Below the pieces are notes generated by a model, which searched no databases, was not told where the DNA came from, and was given only the letters and a program-made list of their open reading frames with translations. A stretch of 63,384 nt of DNA, filler included, from Reclinomonas americana ATCC 50394 (lineage: Eukaryota), in the NCBI GenBank assembly GCA_048213135.1. It is 12 parts of 8 records of this genome, joined end to end, with 100 filler letters (N's around TTAATTAATTAA, not from the genome) between each part and the next. Parts side by side here need not be neighbours in the genome. Positions count along the whole stretch, not along the records: positions 58,712 to 63,384 come from PS015907.1; 11 more parts are not named here. The stretch is one strand, 5' to 3'. Below, piece by piece: positions 62,101 through 63,384 of the stretch (position 1 is its first letter; each line of letters begins with the position of its first letter). The position numbers and the translations under genes are program-made.

Positions 62101-63384
62101 CCAGTACCGACATGGTGGTGGTCTTGCCAGCACCACTGTTGCCAAACAGCACCAGTGCATGATGGGTGGTGTTGGCGTCGGAGAGGAAGGCATCATCCAC
62201 CTCCGTCAACAGATCTGTCATCTTGTCACTCGAGGAGATGTCACGCTCACGTGAGCACAGCAGTGGCACATACGTTCGTATGTCCTTGTGCACGCTCTCG
62301 TCGTGCTGGTAGAAAGTGAGCTCACGCACAGCCAGTCGATGCAATCGCACTACAAATGTACTGACGTTGACGTCAAGATGGCGTGCTTCGCGAATCCGTG
62401 ACACAAGTCCATCGAGCGCATCGGCAGGTAGCTGCAACTTGCCAACAAGGGCGAGGAACGCGCCACGGTCACCGAGATACTCTTGCACAGAGGCCCCGCT
62501 GAACGCCGACGATTCATGGCTTAGCTTGTTACGCACCTCTCGCAACTGTTCCACCGTCTTGCGCTCAACGGCATCGTCTATCAACATCATCTTGCAACCG
62601 CCATCACGCACAAAGCCACCAAAAAGCAGGATCGACGTCAGAGCTGTCACATCAAATGCGTCACACGGAGGGTCAGAGGCGGGATCGGCATCGAAGGCAG
62701 TCTTCCAGTCGAGCAAGTGTTGCTGTTGTGGTGCAAATAGCTTAACTCGACCGGGGTGGAGTGGCGCATGTTGATCGTACCACGCCTTCATCGTCAACGG
62801 ATGCCAGAACAAAGGCGGAGTGTACACATCGGGAGTCCAAGCCCGCACATCAAAATCGGGATGATCGCGACTGAACTGTGCCAGTGTGTGTTTACAGCGC
62901 AGACGTATGGCGTCAGCAACGGCCTCCTACGCCACGTCGATACGATTCGAAAGGGCCATTCTGCAGAGACATCATGCAAGTTGGAACGAATGCAGGCAAG
63001 TCAGTTGTAACGATGAATGACGACAAACCGCTCCGTCCATCCGGGAGCGCTTGACACAGAGAGTGCAGATGAGTTCACTCTCTCAAAAAGTGCACACAAC
63101 AACATGCAGAACAACAATAGTCACCTTGCGAATCCACCCACAGCCGGAGAGGGGGCCTCAGACGGCATGGTAACGCGCACAAACAAATGGGTGGTGGCCA
63201 TAATTTCCAAAGTGCGCAGCAGAGTGCCGCCACCGTCCACAATGTCAAACTCCATTGGTTTCTCCACTCCCACAATCTCCATCTCCGCATCTCCACCCTT
63301 CTCACGCAGCAAGCGCGTGGCCTCGCGCAGCAAGTCCGCGAGAGTGGACACGGCCGACATGCCCTCAACTACCACACACCCCTA
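59200..63384 (-). pseudogene. NLR-like STAND protein: HEPN (DZIP3-like) - NACHT - pentapeptide repeats - ~10 WD40; in-frame TAG and a frameshift as assembled
   Basis: FDVTALTSILL...VEQLREVRNKLSH (Rx4H, 62533-62516). Walker A GNSGAGKTT (~62120-62143) and Walker B LLLLDGYDK (~61900). VIITCR, NPFLL, FVHLSLLEH. AAANAATVL..SFSGRNLSGVRVRGADL (pentapeptide). 42-aa GH...W repeats. TAG at 62929-62927; extra bases near 60106. Confidence 0.85.

Noticed and set aside
62927..62929. Possible TAG codon reassignment
   Set aside because: Single case in a gene with other lesions; other apparent in-frame TAGs (e.g. ~45665) are splice acceptors.

Overview
Intron-rich eukaryotic (protist-like) draft scaffold. 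It has short (~60-80 nt) GT-AG introns, abundant AG/AC microsatellites, N-gaps and artificial N45-TTAATTAATTAA-N45 spacers; TACG-type runs at contig ends look like pyrosequencing noise. The ORF track is mostly misleading, so genes were rebuilt by hand-splicing. Contents in order: a ~3.7 kb tandem array (2 full copies + 1 partial) of RING/TRAF-zinc-finger/coiled-coil/TLDc genes; TFIIIC subunit Tau95; a CAP-Gly/EF-hand protein; a Pro-rich protein with WH2-like repeats; a secreted protein; a homeobox gene with a GC-AG intron; a gene with three CBM20 glucan-binding domains fused to a C-terminal RING finger (the RING exon is absent from the ORF track); guanine deaminase; myo-inositol oxygenase and a neighbour gene, present twice; a gene with a twice-repeated unrecognised domain; two tandem large secreted FN3/NHL/cadherin/PAN genes; and an NLR-like HEPN-NACHT-pentapeptide-WD40 gene carrying lesions. 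Best candidates for new biology are the 3xCBM20-RING glucan-targeted E3 ligase, the HEPN-effector NLR-like gene and the diversifying TRAF-TLDc array. All domain calls are by eye; no database searches were run.
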